A stretch of 64,000 nt of DNA from a virus (IMGVR_UViG_3300033067_002020:1-64000); one strand, 5' to 3'; shown: positions 6,824 to 16,238, counted from the stretch's first letter. Made by a program: numbers and translations. The notes: generated from the letters alone by a model not told the origin.

Positions 6824-7105
6824 TTGATGTCAACTCTAAACAGAGATTGTTGTTGCAACTATGAGGACTGGCACCGTGGCGACCTGATTCGTTGTAAGCA
6901 TAGTGCCATGGTCTATAGAGGCGTTCATCAAGATAATCCACGCTGGGAAGCCAAGGGTGCCCTTGGGTTTGTCCTCGCTCATGGCCAGCGTTGTGATGAA
7001 TGTCTCAACGATGAATCTTATCTATGCAAATGGCAAACACAAGTCCTGGTGAGGCGTGGCATCGTCTACGTTGATGACGAGGATTGGGTGAAGGTCGATG
7101 ATTAG
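6824..7105 (+). CDS. SH3/KOW-like family member
   Basis: RGDLIRC ... VLVRRGIVYV. Confidence 0.75.
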   Translation: MMSTLNRDCCCNYEDWHRGDLIRCKHSAMVYRGVHQDNPRWEAKGALGFVLAHGQRCDECLNDESYLCKWQTQVLVRRGIVYVDDEDWVKVDD

Positions 7106-7322
7106 GGGTGATCTGGTAAAGATACGGTGGGTTGAAGGTGTGTCTGCATGGACAGAAATTGTTGATCTCGAACGACTGCCACGCGGGGCACCAAGACTCA
7201 CATTAAAAAAATCAGGTGAAATTGGTGTGCTTCTTGAGCGTGGCGACGGCGTTTGCGTCATCCTAAGCGCTCACGGTCAGGTGACTATTCTTAAACATTA
7301 TGTTACAAGGTTTATCACATGA
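7098..7322 (+). CDS. SH3/KOW-like family member
   Basis: RGDLVKI ... ILSAHGQVTI. Confidence 0.8.
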   Translation: MIRGDLVKIRWVEGVSAWTEIVDLERLPRGAPRLTLKKSGEIGVLLERGDGVCVILSAHGQVTILKHYVTRFIT

Positions 7323-7585
7323 TCGGTGAGCTTAGAAAAATGTTGTCGCATGATAGGATTGGTCCGGATGGCAAGGCTCCCAAAGTTTGCCTGTATGCAT
7401 CAGAGAAGGAATACCTATACCGCCTGTATTATGCCGTGTTAGAAGAGGGTGACGTGTGCATCGTTCTTCATCGTGACAACAGTTTACTTCAAGTGTTGAC
7501 ATCAGCCGGCACTGCGTTTATCGAGGTGCTTGACACCAAGACGATTTACGGTGATTATGGTAAATTCTACACTCATCATAGGTGA
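7319..7585 (+). CDS. SH3/KOW-like family member
   Basis: MIGEL ... VLTSAGTAFI; ATGA overlap. Confidence 0.8.
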   Translation: MIGELRKMLSHDRIGPDGKAPKVCLYASEKEYLYRLYYAVLEEGDVCIVLHRDNSLLQVLTSAGTAFIEVLDTKTIYGDYGKFYTHHR

Positions 7586-7745
7586 CATTGCAAAGGTGGA
7601 ACGTAACGACTGGGTCGTGATCATCCTTAAACAAGCGACATACCCGTTGCCATCAGATGAATCAAGATCAATGAAGATGTCTTACGTTCTAAGCGCCAAT
7701 GGCGTCTGGTGGATTGCGACATCTTCCTTATGTTGTGTAAATTGA
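7557..7745 (+). CDS. SH3/KOW-like family member (start 7557)
   Basis: IGDIAKV ... VLSANGVWWI; close paralogue of 8237-8446. Confidence 0.75.
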   Translation: MVNSTLIIGDIAKVERNDWVVIILKQATYPLPSDESRSMKMSYVLSANGVWWIATSSLCCVN

Positions 7746-7764
7746 ATGTCAGAAATGTTATGAT
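7733..7764 (+). promoter_or_regulatory. Promoter TTGTGT-N20-TATGAT (leaderless)
   Basis: ATG 7771 lies 6 nt after. Confidence 0.55.
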
Positions 7765-7770
7765 TGACAC

Positions 7771-7995
7771 ATGATCGGTGAATTGCGATCTTTGCAGGAA
7801 CGCCCGAAAAACGATCAGGTTGGGCTGTCAATGACAGCGGAACGCGCTTGGGCTGGTCTTATTGATTTTTCTGTAAAAAATCATTCTATATGTATCATCC
7901 TTGGTGTGGAAGCCGTCGGTGGTTTTCACATGATTTTTATGTTGACACATCGTGGGATAGGATGGGTCGATAAATCAGAAATTAGGGATTTATGA
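7771..7995 (+). CDS. SH3/KOW-like family member
   Basis: MIGEL ... MLTHRGIGWV. Confidence 0.8.
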   Translation: MIGELRSLQERPKNDQVGLSMTAERAWAGLIDFSVKNHSICIILGVEAVGGFHMIFMLTHRGIGWVDKSEIRDL

Positions 7996-8240
7996 CGTTA
8001 AATCGTGGTGAATTACAATATATACGCCATAATCCTGGCACAAAACGTTCTCGTCACGCTGAACAGATTGGTTTGGCATCGTCCGCCGCACAGGTTTGGT
8101 TGACTCGCACTGATTTTTTCGTAGATCCTTCTCCATGTGTCATTATTGATGTGGCCTTGGTCGGAGGATCTAATGTGATCTTTGTGTTAACCCAACGTGG
8201 GCCAGGATGGATTTACGAATCAAAGGTTGGGGATTTATGA
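7992..8240 (+). CDS. SH3/KOW-like family member
   Basis: NRGEL ... VLTQRGPGWI; ATGA overlap. Confidence 0.8.
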   Translation: MTLNRGELQYIRHNPGTKRSRHAEQIGLASSAAQVWLTRTDFFVDPSPCVIIDVALVGGSNVIFVLTQRGPGWIYESKVGDL

Positions 8241-8446
8241 CGTTAAATCGTGGTGACATTGCGATTATCAAACGTATTGATGTGATCGTGATCGTTCTTA
8301 AACAACGTAGGACACATCGAACAGCTGAAGGATCGCGTTCCCTTCAAATGTGTTATGTTCTAGGTTCAAGTGGTCTTTATTGGATCGCATCATCGTCGTT
8401 ACACATGGTGAAATTGTCGTCAGAATATGATACTATTGACATATGA
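8237..8446 (+). CDS. SH3/KOW-like family member (start 8237)
   Basis: NRGDIA ... VLGSSGLYWI; ATGA overlap. Confidence 0.8.
   Translation: MTLNRGDIAIIKRIDVIVIVLKQRRTHRTAEGSRSLQMCYVLGSSGLYWIASSSLHMVKLSSEYDTIDI
8406..8436 (+). promoter_or_regulatory. Promoter TGGTGA-N19-TACTAT (leaderless)
   Basis: ATG 8443 lies 6 nt after. Confidence 0.6.
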
Positions 8447-8649
8447 CACAACGTTGCAAACATGGTGAATTACTGTTGGTTGATGAAGAATCAACAACGT
8501 TTGCATTTGAAACCATTGGGTGTACACGAAATAAAAGTCATGTTGAAAAAACTGAAGTCGTGATATTCATATTTCAAGCAGGAAAACTTTTTCGAGTGTT
8601 AACGATGCGTGGATTAGAATGGTGTATGGGCGTTGGGTCAAATGATTGA
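8443..8649 (+). CDS. SH3/KOW-like family member
   Basis: KHGELL ... VLTMRGLEW. Confidence 0.75.
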   Translation: MTQRCKHGELLLVDEESTTFAFETIGCTRNKSHVEKTEVVIFIFQAGKLFRVLTMRGLEWCMGVGSND

Positions 8650-8878
8650 ACAACATAAATGTGGCGAGCTTCTGATCATCAAGAGAAGAGGACACGGCGT
8701 GCCGACGACGGCAGGTCTCATGGCTTCCACACATAAAGGTGGTGGAGGAGCGATCCTTTTGCAACCGTATAATGTTGTCATTTTTCTGAGGCGAAGTGGT
8801 TTAGACGTTCAGATACTAACATCGCATGGTGTGGTATGGATTTTTGGGTCTCATGTTTGTAGGTTACCCACAGAATGA
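8642..8878 (+). CDS. SH3/KOW-like family member (start 8642)
   Basis: KCGELL ... ILTSHGVVWI. Confidence 0.75.
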   Translation: MIEQHKCGELLIIKRRGHGVPTTAGLMASTHKGGGGAILLQPYNVVIFLRRSGLDVQILTSHGVVWIFGSHVCRLPTE

Positions 8879-8909
8879 ACTTCTGTGGGATGTAAAATAC
8901 AATAAGTTC

Positions 8910-9161
8910 ATGTCTGACAAGAAAATCTGTCTGAACATTGTTGGTGGGGACACGTTGTGTGTTCTGTTTCCAGAATTCCTCTTATATAACAAGCTTGAAG
9001 TCGCCGCTCGACCATGGTTCATTGATGATGATGGGGAGTTATGGACCAGAGCCGACGGACCAAACGCTCCAGAGAATTGTTTTTTAAAGCTTGTTGAGCC
9101 ACCTCCTGGAAAGGATTGGATCATCGTTCCGTCGTCACAAGTGTCATTTGTGAAATGTTGA
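8910..9161 (+). CDS. Hypothetical protein, 83 aa (start 8910)
   Basis: TACAAT box 6 nt before the ATG; fills the gap. Confidence 0.65.
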   Translation: MSDKKICLNIVGGDTLCVLFPEFLLYNKLEVAARPWFIDDDGELWTRADGPNAPENCFLKLVEPPPGKDWIIVPSSQVSFVKC

Positions 9162-9210
9162 TAAGTGGCATCTAAAGTGTAATAAACACTCAACCATCAG
9201 AAAAAACTCA

Positions 9211-9396
9211 ATGTTTAATTGAGGTGACATTGTCGGCGTTTTTCTTCTTTGTAAGCGTAATCTTCCTTTTGACAAGGGTGCGATCGAACCTGCCATTGTT
9301 ATTAAGAAAACGCTTAACGAAGAAATGGGATGCACCGTTTTAACAAAACAAGGCATTGAAACAATTCGTATTGAATGGTTAACACGTCTTATATGA
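9211..9396 (+). pseudogene. SH3/KOW-like family member with an in-frame TGA at codon 4 (9220-9222)
   Basis: MFN*GDIVGV...AIVI...VLTKQGIETI; ends in an ATGA overlap with the next gene. Confidence 0.7.
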
Positions 9397-9590
9397 AAGA
9401 CAATGAGATTGAAGAAGAACGACGTATCATAAGCTCAGGAGATCTCGTTCTATTTTTGGATGAGAATAGCTATGCTAGGCTAGAAATTGGTATGATCATC
9501 GTCGAGACGTCTGTTCCTAGCACGTTCCAAATTTTGGCATATGATGGCACGCGCAACTGTGCTGCTGCATGGTTTCATATTTGGCTATGA
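9393..9590 (+). CDS. SH3/KOW-like family member (start 9393)
   Basis: SGDLVLF ... GMII ... ILAYDG. Confidence 0.7.
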   Translation: MKDNEIEEERRIISSGDLVLFLDENSYARLEIGMIIVETSVPSTFQILAYDGTRNCAAAWFHIWL

Positions 9591-9868
9591 ATCATCAAAT
9601 AGGATCGTTAAGAAAGTTTTCTGCCACAGGATATTATTGTGCGTATTCATATGACGTCAACTCTGGTGAAATCACCAAAGTAAAATACGTTCCATCAGAA
9701 GAAAGATTGTTCATCTGTCTAAAAAGCGTGACAGTCAAACCTGATGATGATGAACTTCGTGATCGTTTACACGGAGGCACCCCAGATGAACTGATGATGA
9801 TATTGTGTTATAATGGTGTCATGTGGATACATGTAAACACAACAGAATGCGTTCAATGTCATGATTGA
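9587..9868 (+). CDS. SH3/KOW-like family member (start 9587)
   Basis: QIGSL ... LFICL ... ILCYNGVMWI. Confidence 0.75.
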   Translation: MNHQIGSLRKFSATGYYCAYSYDVNSGEITKVKYVPSEERLFICLKSVTVKPDDDELRDRLHGGTPDELMMILCYNGVMWIHVNTTECVQCHD

Positions 9869-10082
9869 ACCTGGAGACTTGTTGTGTATTGCAAAAATAA
9901 GTGGTTTATACGACGGTGACGAAAGTAAATACGTTTATGATCATTGTAAACGTTCTGTTGGCATCATTGATCTATCAGACGTCGCATTGATGATCGCATG
10001 GGATGATGCTGAATGGCGAATCGAGATATTGTCAAAATACGGTGTTGTGTTCCTCACACCGAATAGAGTAACAAAACTATGA
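9861..10082 (+). CDS. SH3/KOW-like family member
   Basis: EPGDLL ... ILSKYGVVFL. Confidence 0.8.
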   Translation: MIEPGDLLCIAKISGLYDGDESKYVYDHCKRSVGIIDLSDVALMIAWDDAEWRIEILSKYGVVFLTPNRVTKL

Positions 10083-10315
10083 TCAATCAAGAATTATCGG
10101 TTGGAACGTTGTGGATTACTTCTAAATCATTGTATCGAACACGTGATGATGGTGAAATTGGTTGTTTAATCCCAGAAGGTTCTGAAACGTTTTTGTTGTT
10201 GTGTCAACCATTTGTTTCGTATGAGTTTGTAAAAATTGTTTTTGTGTTAGGACGTTGCGGTGTAGAAGAGTTTGCAGCCACACACTTTTCTAACGGAAAT
10301 ATGACACAATGTTAG
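10079..10315 (+). CDS. SH3/KOW-like family member
   Basis: SVGTLW ... VLGRCGVEEF. Confidence 0.75.
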   Translation: MINQELSVGTLWITSKSLYRTRDDGEIGCLIPEGSETFLLLCQPFVSYEFVKIVFVLGRCGVEEFAATHFSNGNMTQC

Positions 10316-10500
10316 AAGTTGGAACGTTGCTAACGCTTAGTGATAAACGATCGTCACATCAAAGTCACGTGTCTTCCTCGGACACATTGATTGTTGTCAA
10401 AATCGATCATGACAAAGATTCGTTTTTGACAATAAGTCGACTTGGTTCGATGTGGTGGCCATTTAATTATGTCAATTATATTTTGATGATCGTGGAATGA
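10309..10500 (+). CDS. SH3/KOW-like family member
   Basis: EVGTLL ... TISRLGSMWW. Confidence 0.75.
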   Translation: MLEVGTLLTLSDKRSSHQSHVSSSDTLIVVKIDHDKDSFLTISRLGSMWWPFNYVNYILMIVE

Positions 10501-10516
10501 AAATTCCATGTAAATA

Positions 10517-10813
10517 GTGTTTAATTGTAACATGTCAGACAACATTTCAGAAATTGTTGGTGCTGCCGAGCGTGTTATCACAGTTCGAGGTGTAAATTGT
10601 TGTTGCGAAGGTCCCATCGATATGGGATTCCTTGATGACATATCGCTTGACGCCGCGCAACACATGGTCGATTTCCGTTGTTCATGTGGTAAGTGTTGTT
10701 GGTCAGAAAAAGAAGACCTGCCCCATCCAGAATGTCAACAATTTTTGCTTGCATTACGTAAGGTTTCTGTTGAACAAAGAACCGAATTGTTCAAGAGGAA
10801 CTGGACGTTGTGA
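10517..10813 (+). CDS. Cys-rich hypothetical protein (start may be 10532)
   Basis: In-strand ORF with a CSCGKC motif. Confidence 0.65.
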   Translation: MFNCNMSDNISEIVGAAERVITVRGVNCCCEGPIDMGFLDDISLDAAQHMVDFRCSCGKCCWSEKEDLPHPECQQFLLALRKVSVEQRTELFKRNWTL

Positions 10814-11097
10814 AAAATCCTGGTGATTTTTATCGAGTTTTTACTTCACGATTTTACGTTTACAGCATAGATAACATCGTCGGATTTCTCGAGACAAACG
10901 ATGTGTTTCTTGTCATTCGACCGTGTCCGCCACCTCAATACCATGAATTTCAAGAGGTTTTAATCCTCACAAAATTAGGTATTGGATTCATCACTTGTGA
11001 AACAATAGAGTCGAGCAGCGAATTGATTGAATCATGGATGATTTCACGCCAAAAATCAGGAGGCCGACGCTTTCGAAATGTCAACACGAAAGTTTAA
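10810..11097 (+). CDS. SH3/KOW-like family member
   Basis: NPGDFY ... ILTKLGIGFI; GTGA overlap. Confidence 0.75.
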   Translation: MKNPGDFYRVFTSRFYVYSIDNIVGFLETNDVFLVIRPCPPPQYHEFQEVLILTKLGIGFITCETIESSSELIESWMISRQKSGGRRFRNVNTKV

Positions 11098-11211
11098 TTA
11101 GACTTGCTTATTGGCTTCGGTTAAAAAACGTTGACACAATGAGCCGGCGACAACTGATTAGTTTGATTCACTGGCTCTTTACAAGACGCGAAAAGAAAGA
11201 GAGAAATTTAA

Positions 11212-11475
11212 ATGTCGGAAGATTTTAATGATCAAACCGGGTTAATTGTTACGTTTCGATGTCGGAACTGGTTGACGTATCCTTCATGCATGCGATTTCA
11301 AGCTGGGTATTTTGACCTAAGAAGTGAAACTTGTGACGATATGATTCGAGGTGTTGAAGAGTTGGGTTGGCAAGTTCATTTCAATGATGGTGTTGTCTCA
11401 ACGAGAGCACTATGTCCGGTGTGTGTTAAGAGAGCATCACAGCAGGGCGAAACTTTGCCCTCTGACGGCGGCTAG
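11212..11475 (+). CDS. Hypothetical, possibly Zn-binding protein
   Basis: Two N-terminal Cys residues and C-terminal LCPVC. Confidence 0.7.
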   Translation: MSEDFNDQTGLIVTFRCRNWLTYPSCMRFQAGYFDLRSETCDDMIRGVEELGWQVHFNDGVVSTRALCPVCVKRASQQGETLPSDGG

Positions 11476-11493
11476 AATATTCGCGAGACAATA

Positions 11494-11751
11494 ATGCAGT
11501 ATCATTCACCGGCCCGTGATGAATTATTTAGTGACAACGTGGGTGACCTACGTCAGACAACGTATGTGACGCCAGTGTTTATCAACATCGGTAGTCAAAA
11601 AGAAAGATTGTTAGAAGGTGAGGTCTTCATAATCATACGACGACGTTTTAGTTCAAATATGTTTATTATTCTCACTAGGTTTGGTACACGATTGATTCTT
11701 GGCCATTTTGTAAAAGACGATTCAATTGTCGTGACACATGTTGAAAAGTAA
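11494..11751 (+). CDS. SH3/KOW-like family member
   Basis: NVGDL ... GEVFIII ... ILTRFGTRLI. Confidence 0.8.
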   Translation: MQYHSPARDELFSDNVGDLRQTTYVTPVFINIGSQKERLLEGEVFIIIRRRFSSNMFIILTRFGTRLILGHFVKDDSIVVTHVEK

Positions 11752-11983
11752 CTTACTTTTAAGAAAAGGCGATTTATGTTGCGTCGTGGGTGACATGCCC
11801 TATGCAACAAATGCAAATTTATTTAGAACTGATGGCATGCCAGAAAGCATCATGGCGGGTGAACCTGTCATTTATGTCAGGTTCGATAACAATGTATCAG
11901 GCACTACTTATCATTACGTCTTATCAAAATTTGGATTGATGCGTATGGTAGATAGAAACATCACATATGCAAACATTTCGTAA
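11738..11983 (+). CDS. SH3/KOW-like family member
   Basis: RKGDL ... GEPVIYV ... VLSKFGLMRM. Confidence 0.8.
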   Translation: MLKSNLLLRKGDLCCVVGDMPYATNANLFRTDGMPESIMAGEPVIYVRFDNNVSGTTYHYVLSKFGLMRMVDRNITYANIS

Positions 11984-12203
11984 AGGAAAACTTTACTCTC
12001 TGGTGATTCATCAAGTCGCACAACGGTTCGATGAAGTCAACGCTCATTATGTTACTGAAAACGATGATGAACTTGAAGAAGGGGAATGTGTCATTTACAT
12101 TAGATCGCATAGAGGAGGCTGTCCGTCAACGCTTTGGTGCTATGTGTTGACAAAATTTGGTATTCGTGAAATTCGTAAAGAATGTCTAAAAAAGGAAATC
12201 TAA
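11967..12203 (+). CDS. SH3/KOW-like family member
   Basis: RKGKLY ... GECVIYI ... VLTKFGIREI. Confidence 0.8.
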   Translation: MQTFRKGKLYSLVIHQVAQRFDEVNAHYVTENDDELEEGECVIYIRSHRGGCPSTLWCYVLTKFGIREIRKECLKKEI

Positions 12204-12205
12204 CA

Positions 12206-13195
12206 ATGTTTTTACCTTGGTTTGAGATTGCTAATTTTCATAACGTTCGACGCCTAGTTACACAATATCCACACCTTCTAAATGGTGATTCCAGACGCAA
12301 ATATCGTGGAAAAATCAAATTGCATGGCACGTGTTCTGGCGTGCAGGTGACAAATATTTCCGTCACACCAATGTCGAGAAGTCAATTCCTGTCACCAGCA
12401 AACGGCATTGATAATGCCGGATTTGGAAAGTGGGTCATTGACAATTTTGACAATTTTGCCAACATTGCTGTTGCAAGCGATTCAACACTGATCATTTATG
12501 GCGAATGGTGTGGTAAGGGAGTCCAGAGTGGTGTGGCCGCCAGCCAGTTGTCAGGAAAGATCTGGGCAGTCTTTGGAGCAAAATTGGTTTGTGGTGACGC
12601 AGTAGAGTTTATTGACGATCCTCAACGTTTGAGTGAAATTGTTAGCGGAATTCCTGACACATACGTTCTTCCTTGGATAGAAAACTCTGAAATTATCATT
12701 GATTGGGCTTCATCAGCTGATGAATTAGAGCATGCAATTCAACCCATCAACGATCTCGTTTCACATGTCGAGGCATGTGATCCATGGATCTTAGAAAATT
12801 TTGGAATTCGAGGCGTCGGTGAGGGTGTGGTGTACTATCCGGTCGGAAATAACGTCGAAGATTTCAAAAATTTGGCCTTTAAGGCAAAAGGAGAGAAACA
12901 TAAGGTTGTCGCAACAAAAAATGCTGTTGTCGTTTCTGCGACAGTGACAAAATCATGTGAAGATTTTGCAAAACTGGTGTTAGCACCCGCTAGACTTCAA
13001 CAGGGGATTGATGTAATCGGTGCAGCAACGTTTGAAATGAGTAAAATCGGAAACTTTTTGAAGTGGTGTCATCAAGACGTTGAAAAAGAGTGTCAAGCGG
13101 AGTTTGACGCCACACAAATTGACAAAAAACTATTAGAAAAAGCGTGTTCAACGTACGCTAGAGCATGGTATATCGAACAGTCAAAAAAGGTATGA
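12206..13195 (+). CDS. RNA ligase, Rnl2 family (start probably 12206)
   Basis: Nucleotidyltransferase motifs KIKLHGT, IYGEWCG, GEGVVY, FKAKGEKH. Confidence 0.85.
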   Translation: MFLPWFEIANFHNVRRLVTQYPHLLNGDSRRKYRGKIKLHGTCSGVQVTNISVTPMSRSQFLSPANGIDNAGFGKWVIDNFDNFANIAVASDSTLIIYGEWCGKGVQSGVAASQLSGKIWAVFGAKLVCGDAVEFIDDPQRLSEIVSGIPDTYVLPWIENSEIIIDWASSADELEHAIQPINDLVSHVEACDPWILENFGIRGVGEGVVYYPVGNNVEDFKNLAFKAKGEKHKVVATKNAVVVSATVTKSCEDFAKLVLAPARLQQGIDVIGAATFEMSKIGNFLKWCHQDVEKECQAEFDATQIDKKLLEKACSTYARAWYIEQSKKV

Positions 13196-13196
13196 T

Positions 13197-13400
13197 ATGT
13201 TGGAAATCGGCACTTTGTGCCAAACAATTCATGAAGACACCGTCCAAATCGGAGGAGGTAGATCAAACAATCAAATGGTCAACCTCCACAAAGATTCAAT
13301 CGTGTTGATTTTAAAGTACAATAAAACAAATCATTTGTGTAACGTCATATCAACATCAGGTCTTGGTTGGATTTGGCCGAAAAATTTACGTCAGATGTAA
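13197..13400 (+). CDS. SH3/KOW-like family member
   Basis: EIGTL ... SIVLIL ... VISTSGLGWI. Confidence 0.8.
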   Translation: MLEIGTLCQTIHEDTVQIGGGRSNNQMVNLHKDSIVLILKYNKTNHLCNVISTSGLGWIWPKNLRQM

Positions 13401-13416
13401 TTAAGCAAAGAATAAC

Positions 13417-13698
13417 ATGAAAAAATATCGTTGTCGCGTGATGTTGCCAGAAGTCAGTGAATGGAAAACAATCGAACAACGTTCTGGTGTTATGGCGGCA
13501 AATGAATTCTTTTTTGTGTTTGATAATTTGCCTTGTGTTAGGTATAACAACGTAAATTACGCGACAATTGAAATTGAAGATGATAAACCAATCATCGTAA
13601 GTAATGCACGAGAACGACAAAGTTCTATCAAAATCGCTTCAAAAATAGAACTTTGTGTTCGACTGGCCTGTGACGAACAATTGAATTACAAATGTTAA
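13417..13698 (+). CDS. Hypothetical protein, 93 aa
   Basis: In-strand ORF, fills the gap. Confidence 0.7.
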   Translation: MKKYRCRVMLPEVSEWKTIEQRSGVMAANEFFFVFDNLPCVRYNNVNYATIEIEDDKPIIVSNARERQSSIKIASKIELCVRLACDEQLNYKC

Positions 13699-13976
13699 AT
13701 TTAAGTCAAGGCGATTTGGTAAACATCAATCATCGTATGGGATATAAAAGTTTCCCTCGAGAACACGTTGTCCAATGGATGGGCGATGTTCGTCGAGGGA
13801 TTGTTTTATCTGTTCAAGAAAACACAGATCTTGTTAGAATTTTGACTGCTACGGGAACTTGGTGGATCAATCACGTTCACCTCAACAGAATTAGATTATA
13901 TGAGCCTGTCAGAGTATCAACGGGAGTCTTGCATCTTAAACAACGCAAGCATTCCAACGACTTTGAACATTCCTAA
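13692..13976 (+). CDS. SH3/KOW-like family member
   Basis: SQGDLV ... GIVLSV ... ILTATGTWWI. Confidence 0.8.
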   Translation: MLNLSQGDLVNINHRMGYKSFPREHVVQWMGDVRRGIVLSVQENTDLVRILTATGTWWINHVHLNRIRLYEPVRVSTGVLHLKQRKHSNDFEHS

Positions 13977-14777
13977 ATCTTCTAACGCTTTTGCAGCCTC
14001 TTGAAAAGTTGAACCTGTTGTCACGACGTCATCAACGATCACGACGTTATACATTTTAGAGTCTCCACCGAGAGCAACGTCAATGATTGAATCATTTGCA
14101 GCTTGCCAGTTCTGCACGGCAGACCTGAACGCAGGCTTTACGTATTTTCTGATGCTTGGTGTTGGGTCTGCTTTCATTCTCTCAAGACCTCTTGTCACTG
14201 ACTTTTGAGTTGTCGGTGACATCTTGCTTAATTTTTCAGGATCGAATTGTGCATTTTTCAGTTGTTTCACAACGCCAGCTGGGACGAATTTTGCTCCTAG
14301 TTTTTGAGCGATGACAGTGGCAAATATACTTGCGAGTTGGCTCCTCGATTGAGGACACGTCACGATATCAACTTTTTCTGTTATCCAACTTGCGGCTCGA
14401 CCACCAAATTTTTGTGCAAGTTTTTCCTGAATTCCAGGTTCAATCACCATGTTGTGTTCTGAGGCATTTCCTAGTTTAATTGCTTCAACAACGTCTTCTG
14501 GAGAGAATTCAGGAATGTTTTTTGAGTATGCGCCAGCAAAGCTTTGTGCGACTTGAATCGGTGCGAGAACCTGTTGTCGATTTGAGGTTCCCTTGATGTA
14601 AGGTTTCCCAGGTGCCATGAACCCAAAGCCGTTTTCAGTGTTGCCACCGTCTGTCGAACCAGTAAACGTAACTTGCCACGTTCCAGGTGATTTTGGATCT
14701 GCGGCGACGTTTATTGCCTCAGACAGAGTTTGTCGTATCATCAATCGTAAACATTCTCTTAACGTATGATTAACCAT
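13917..14777 (-). CDS. Type I phosphoribosyltransferase-domain protein (start probably 14777)
   Basis: PRPP-binding loop VVIVDDVVTTGSTF; TATTTA box 5 nt before ATG 14777. Confidence 0.85.
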   Translation of the reverse strand: MVNHTLRECLRLMIRQTLSEAINVAADPKSPGTWQVTFTGSTDGGNTENGFGFMAPGKPYIKGTSNRQQVLAPIQVAQSFAGAYSKNIPEFSPEDVVEAIKLGNASEHNMVIEPGIQEKLAQKFGGRAASWITEKVDIVTCPQSRSQLASIFATVIAQKLGAKFVPAGVVKQLKNAQFDPEKLSKMSPTTQKSVTRGLERMKADPTPSIRKYVKPAFRSAVQNWQAANDSIIDVALGGDSKMYNVVIVDDVVTTGSTFQEAAKALEDLGMFKVVGMLALFKMQDSR

Positions 14778-14825
14778 AATGATAAATAATGTGCATATCA
14801 GCAAGATGAGAATTATAATTGTTTC

Positions 14826-15122
14826 ATGCTTCAAATAGTGTCAGATGGATTTCAAGGTCGATTGTGCAAAATCTTTTGGCACGATTCTAATCCTCTGTCA
14901 CAATATCTTCGAAGTGATCCAACGTCTCCAGTGAATCAGATACCATGTTTCGCCTTTGCCGAAGATCCTCAAAACATTGGGCACAGACAACTCTTCCATC
15001 TTCAATTTAACGATATTGTTATCATTCTTCAAAAACTACGTGGCAAAAAGCGTGTTCAAGTGCTAACTAAGTTTGGTGTTGGATGGGTGAGTATGGATTA
15101 CTTACGTGGTATCACTACTTAG
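14826..15122 (+). CDS. SH3/KOW-like family member
   Basis: NDIVIIL ... VLTKFGVGWV. Confidence 0.75.
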   Translation: MLQIVSDGFQGRLCKIFWHDSNPLSQYLRSDPTSPVNQIPCFAFAEDPQNIGHRQLFHLQFNDIVIILQKLRGKKRVQVLTKFGVGWVSMDYLRGITT

Positions 15123-15144
15123 TGCATTCTAGGGTATCTATACC

Positions 15145-15429
15145 ATGTCGACAAAGTTCCAAGTAAGTAGACTTTTTACGTACGTTGGTAAGAGTCGAAT
15201 TAAGTTATTCAATTTTATTGAAGGTGACGATATAGTCGATCAAACAAAAGGTCAAGCACAATTTCTTTATCATAATGATAAAATAATCATTATTGATATT
15301 TCGCATATCAATGTAACACTTGATATCATGTGGATCTCGTTTTTAACTTCTCGCGGTCACGTAGGAATGATTCAATTAGGAATTGATGATTCGCACAGAG
15401 TTTCATGTTTGTTCATACATGAAACGTGA
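15145..15429 (+). CDS. SH3/KOW-like family member
   Basis: NDKIIII ... FLTSRGHVGMI. Confidence 0.75.
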   Translation: MSTKFQVSRLFTYVGKSRIKLFNFIEGDDIVDQTKGQAQFLYHNDKIIIIDISHINVTLDIMWISFLTSRGHVGMIQLGIDDSHRVSCLFIHET

Positions 15430-15466
15430 TTATGTAACTTATGGCATTTTATGTTACCATTGATGC

Positions 15467-15715
15467 ATGGTAAACACATTTGAATGCCATAGTGTGTATC
15501 AATTTATTGGTCCTGAATCACATTATGTATCAAAAGGTTTGTTTGACGACACGTTCGTTGGGAACGTTCATGAAAATGATCTCATCTTTGTATTGAATGT
15601 CCTTGAAAGTGAAGATCGATATGCACTAAGAATTCTTTCATCGCAATATGGTTGTGGAATTATCGAAGTTGAAAAATCAGAAGTTGACTTGAAAACGTTC
15701 GTTCTAATAACATGA
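15467..15715 (+). CDS. SH3/KOW-like family member
   Basis: NDLIFVL ... ILSSQYGCGII. Confidence 0.75.
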   Translation: MVNTFECHSVYQFIGPESHYVSKGLFDDTFVGNVHENDLIFVLNVLESEDRYALRILSSQYGCGIIEVEKSEVDLKTFVLIT

Positions 15716-16008
15716 AAATCTCTGACAAAAATTTTGCTATAATCGGAAAAGTGTATCGTTTTTTTGGTGAAGCCGACGGCGACTGTTTTTGGTTCGCTAG
15801 GAATCGTGTTGATTATTCGTTAGGAAAGCTTGATGTACGTGTACAATGCGGTGATTTAATTACAGTGTTGGAACATCAGGTAAATTGGTGTGATGAAACA
15901 AGCGATTATGAAATTTCCGTCAAACTCTTGACTAAGAACGGATGTGGATACATCGTTGCAATGATGAATGATGTGAAATACATGCCTCAATTTATGGAAA
16001 TCACATGA
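15712..16008 (+). CDS. SH3/KOW-like family member
   Basis: GDLITVL ... LLTKNGCGYI. Confidence 0.75.
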   Translation: MKISDKNFAIIGKVYRFFGEADGDCFWFARNRVDYSLGKLDVRVQCGDLITVLEHQVNWCDETSDYEISVKLLTKNGCGYIVAMMNDVKYMPQFMEIT

Positions 16009-16238
16009 ATGAAAAAATAGTAATCAATGAATTATTGACATTGTTATGTGAGTTTCTTCCTCAGTGCGTTGGAAATTGTGGTGAGGTTGCAACTCGTAGC
16101 ACAAATTGTTCATGTCCAATGGGTGTCACTTATTATTGCGACGATTGTGATATTCCATTGACAAAGCTATCATCGTTCAAAGGTTGGGAAGATTTACCTT
16201 GGTCTACAACCGTTAGAAACGCTAAAAAATTCAAATGA
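16005..16238 (+). CDS. Small putative Zn-finger protein
   Basis: C..NCGE.AT ... YYCDDC; ATGA overlaps on both sides. Confidence 0.7.
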   Translation: MNEKIVINELLTLLCEFLPQCVGNCGEVATRSTNCSCPMGVTYYCDDCDIPLTKLSSFKGWEDLPWSTTVRNAKKFK

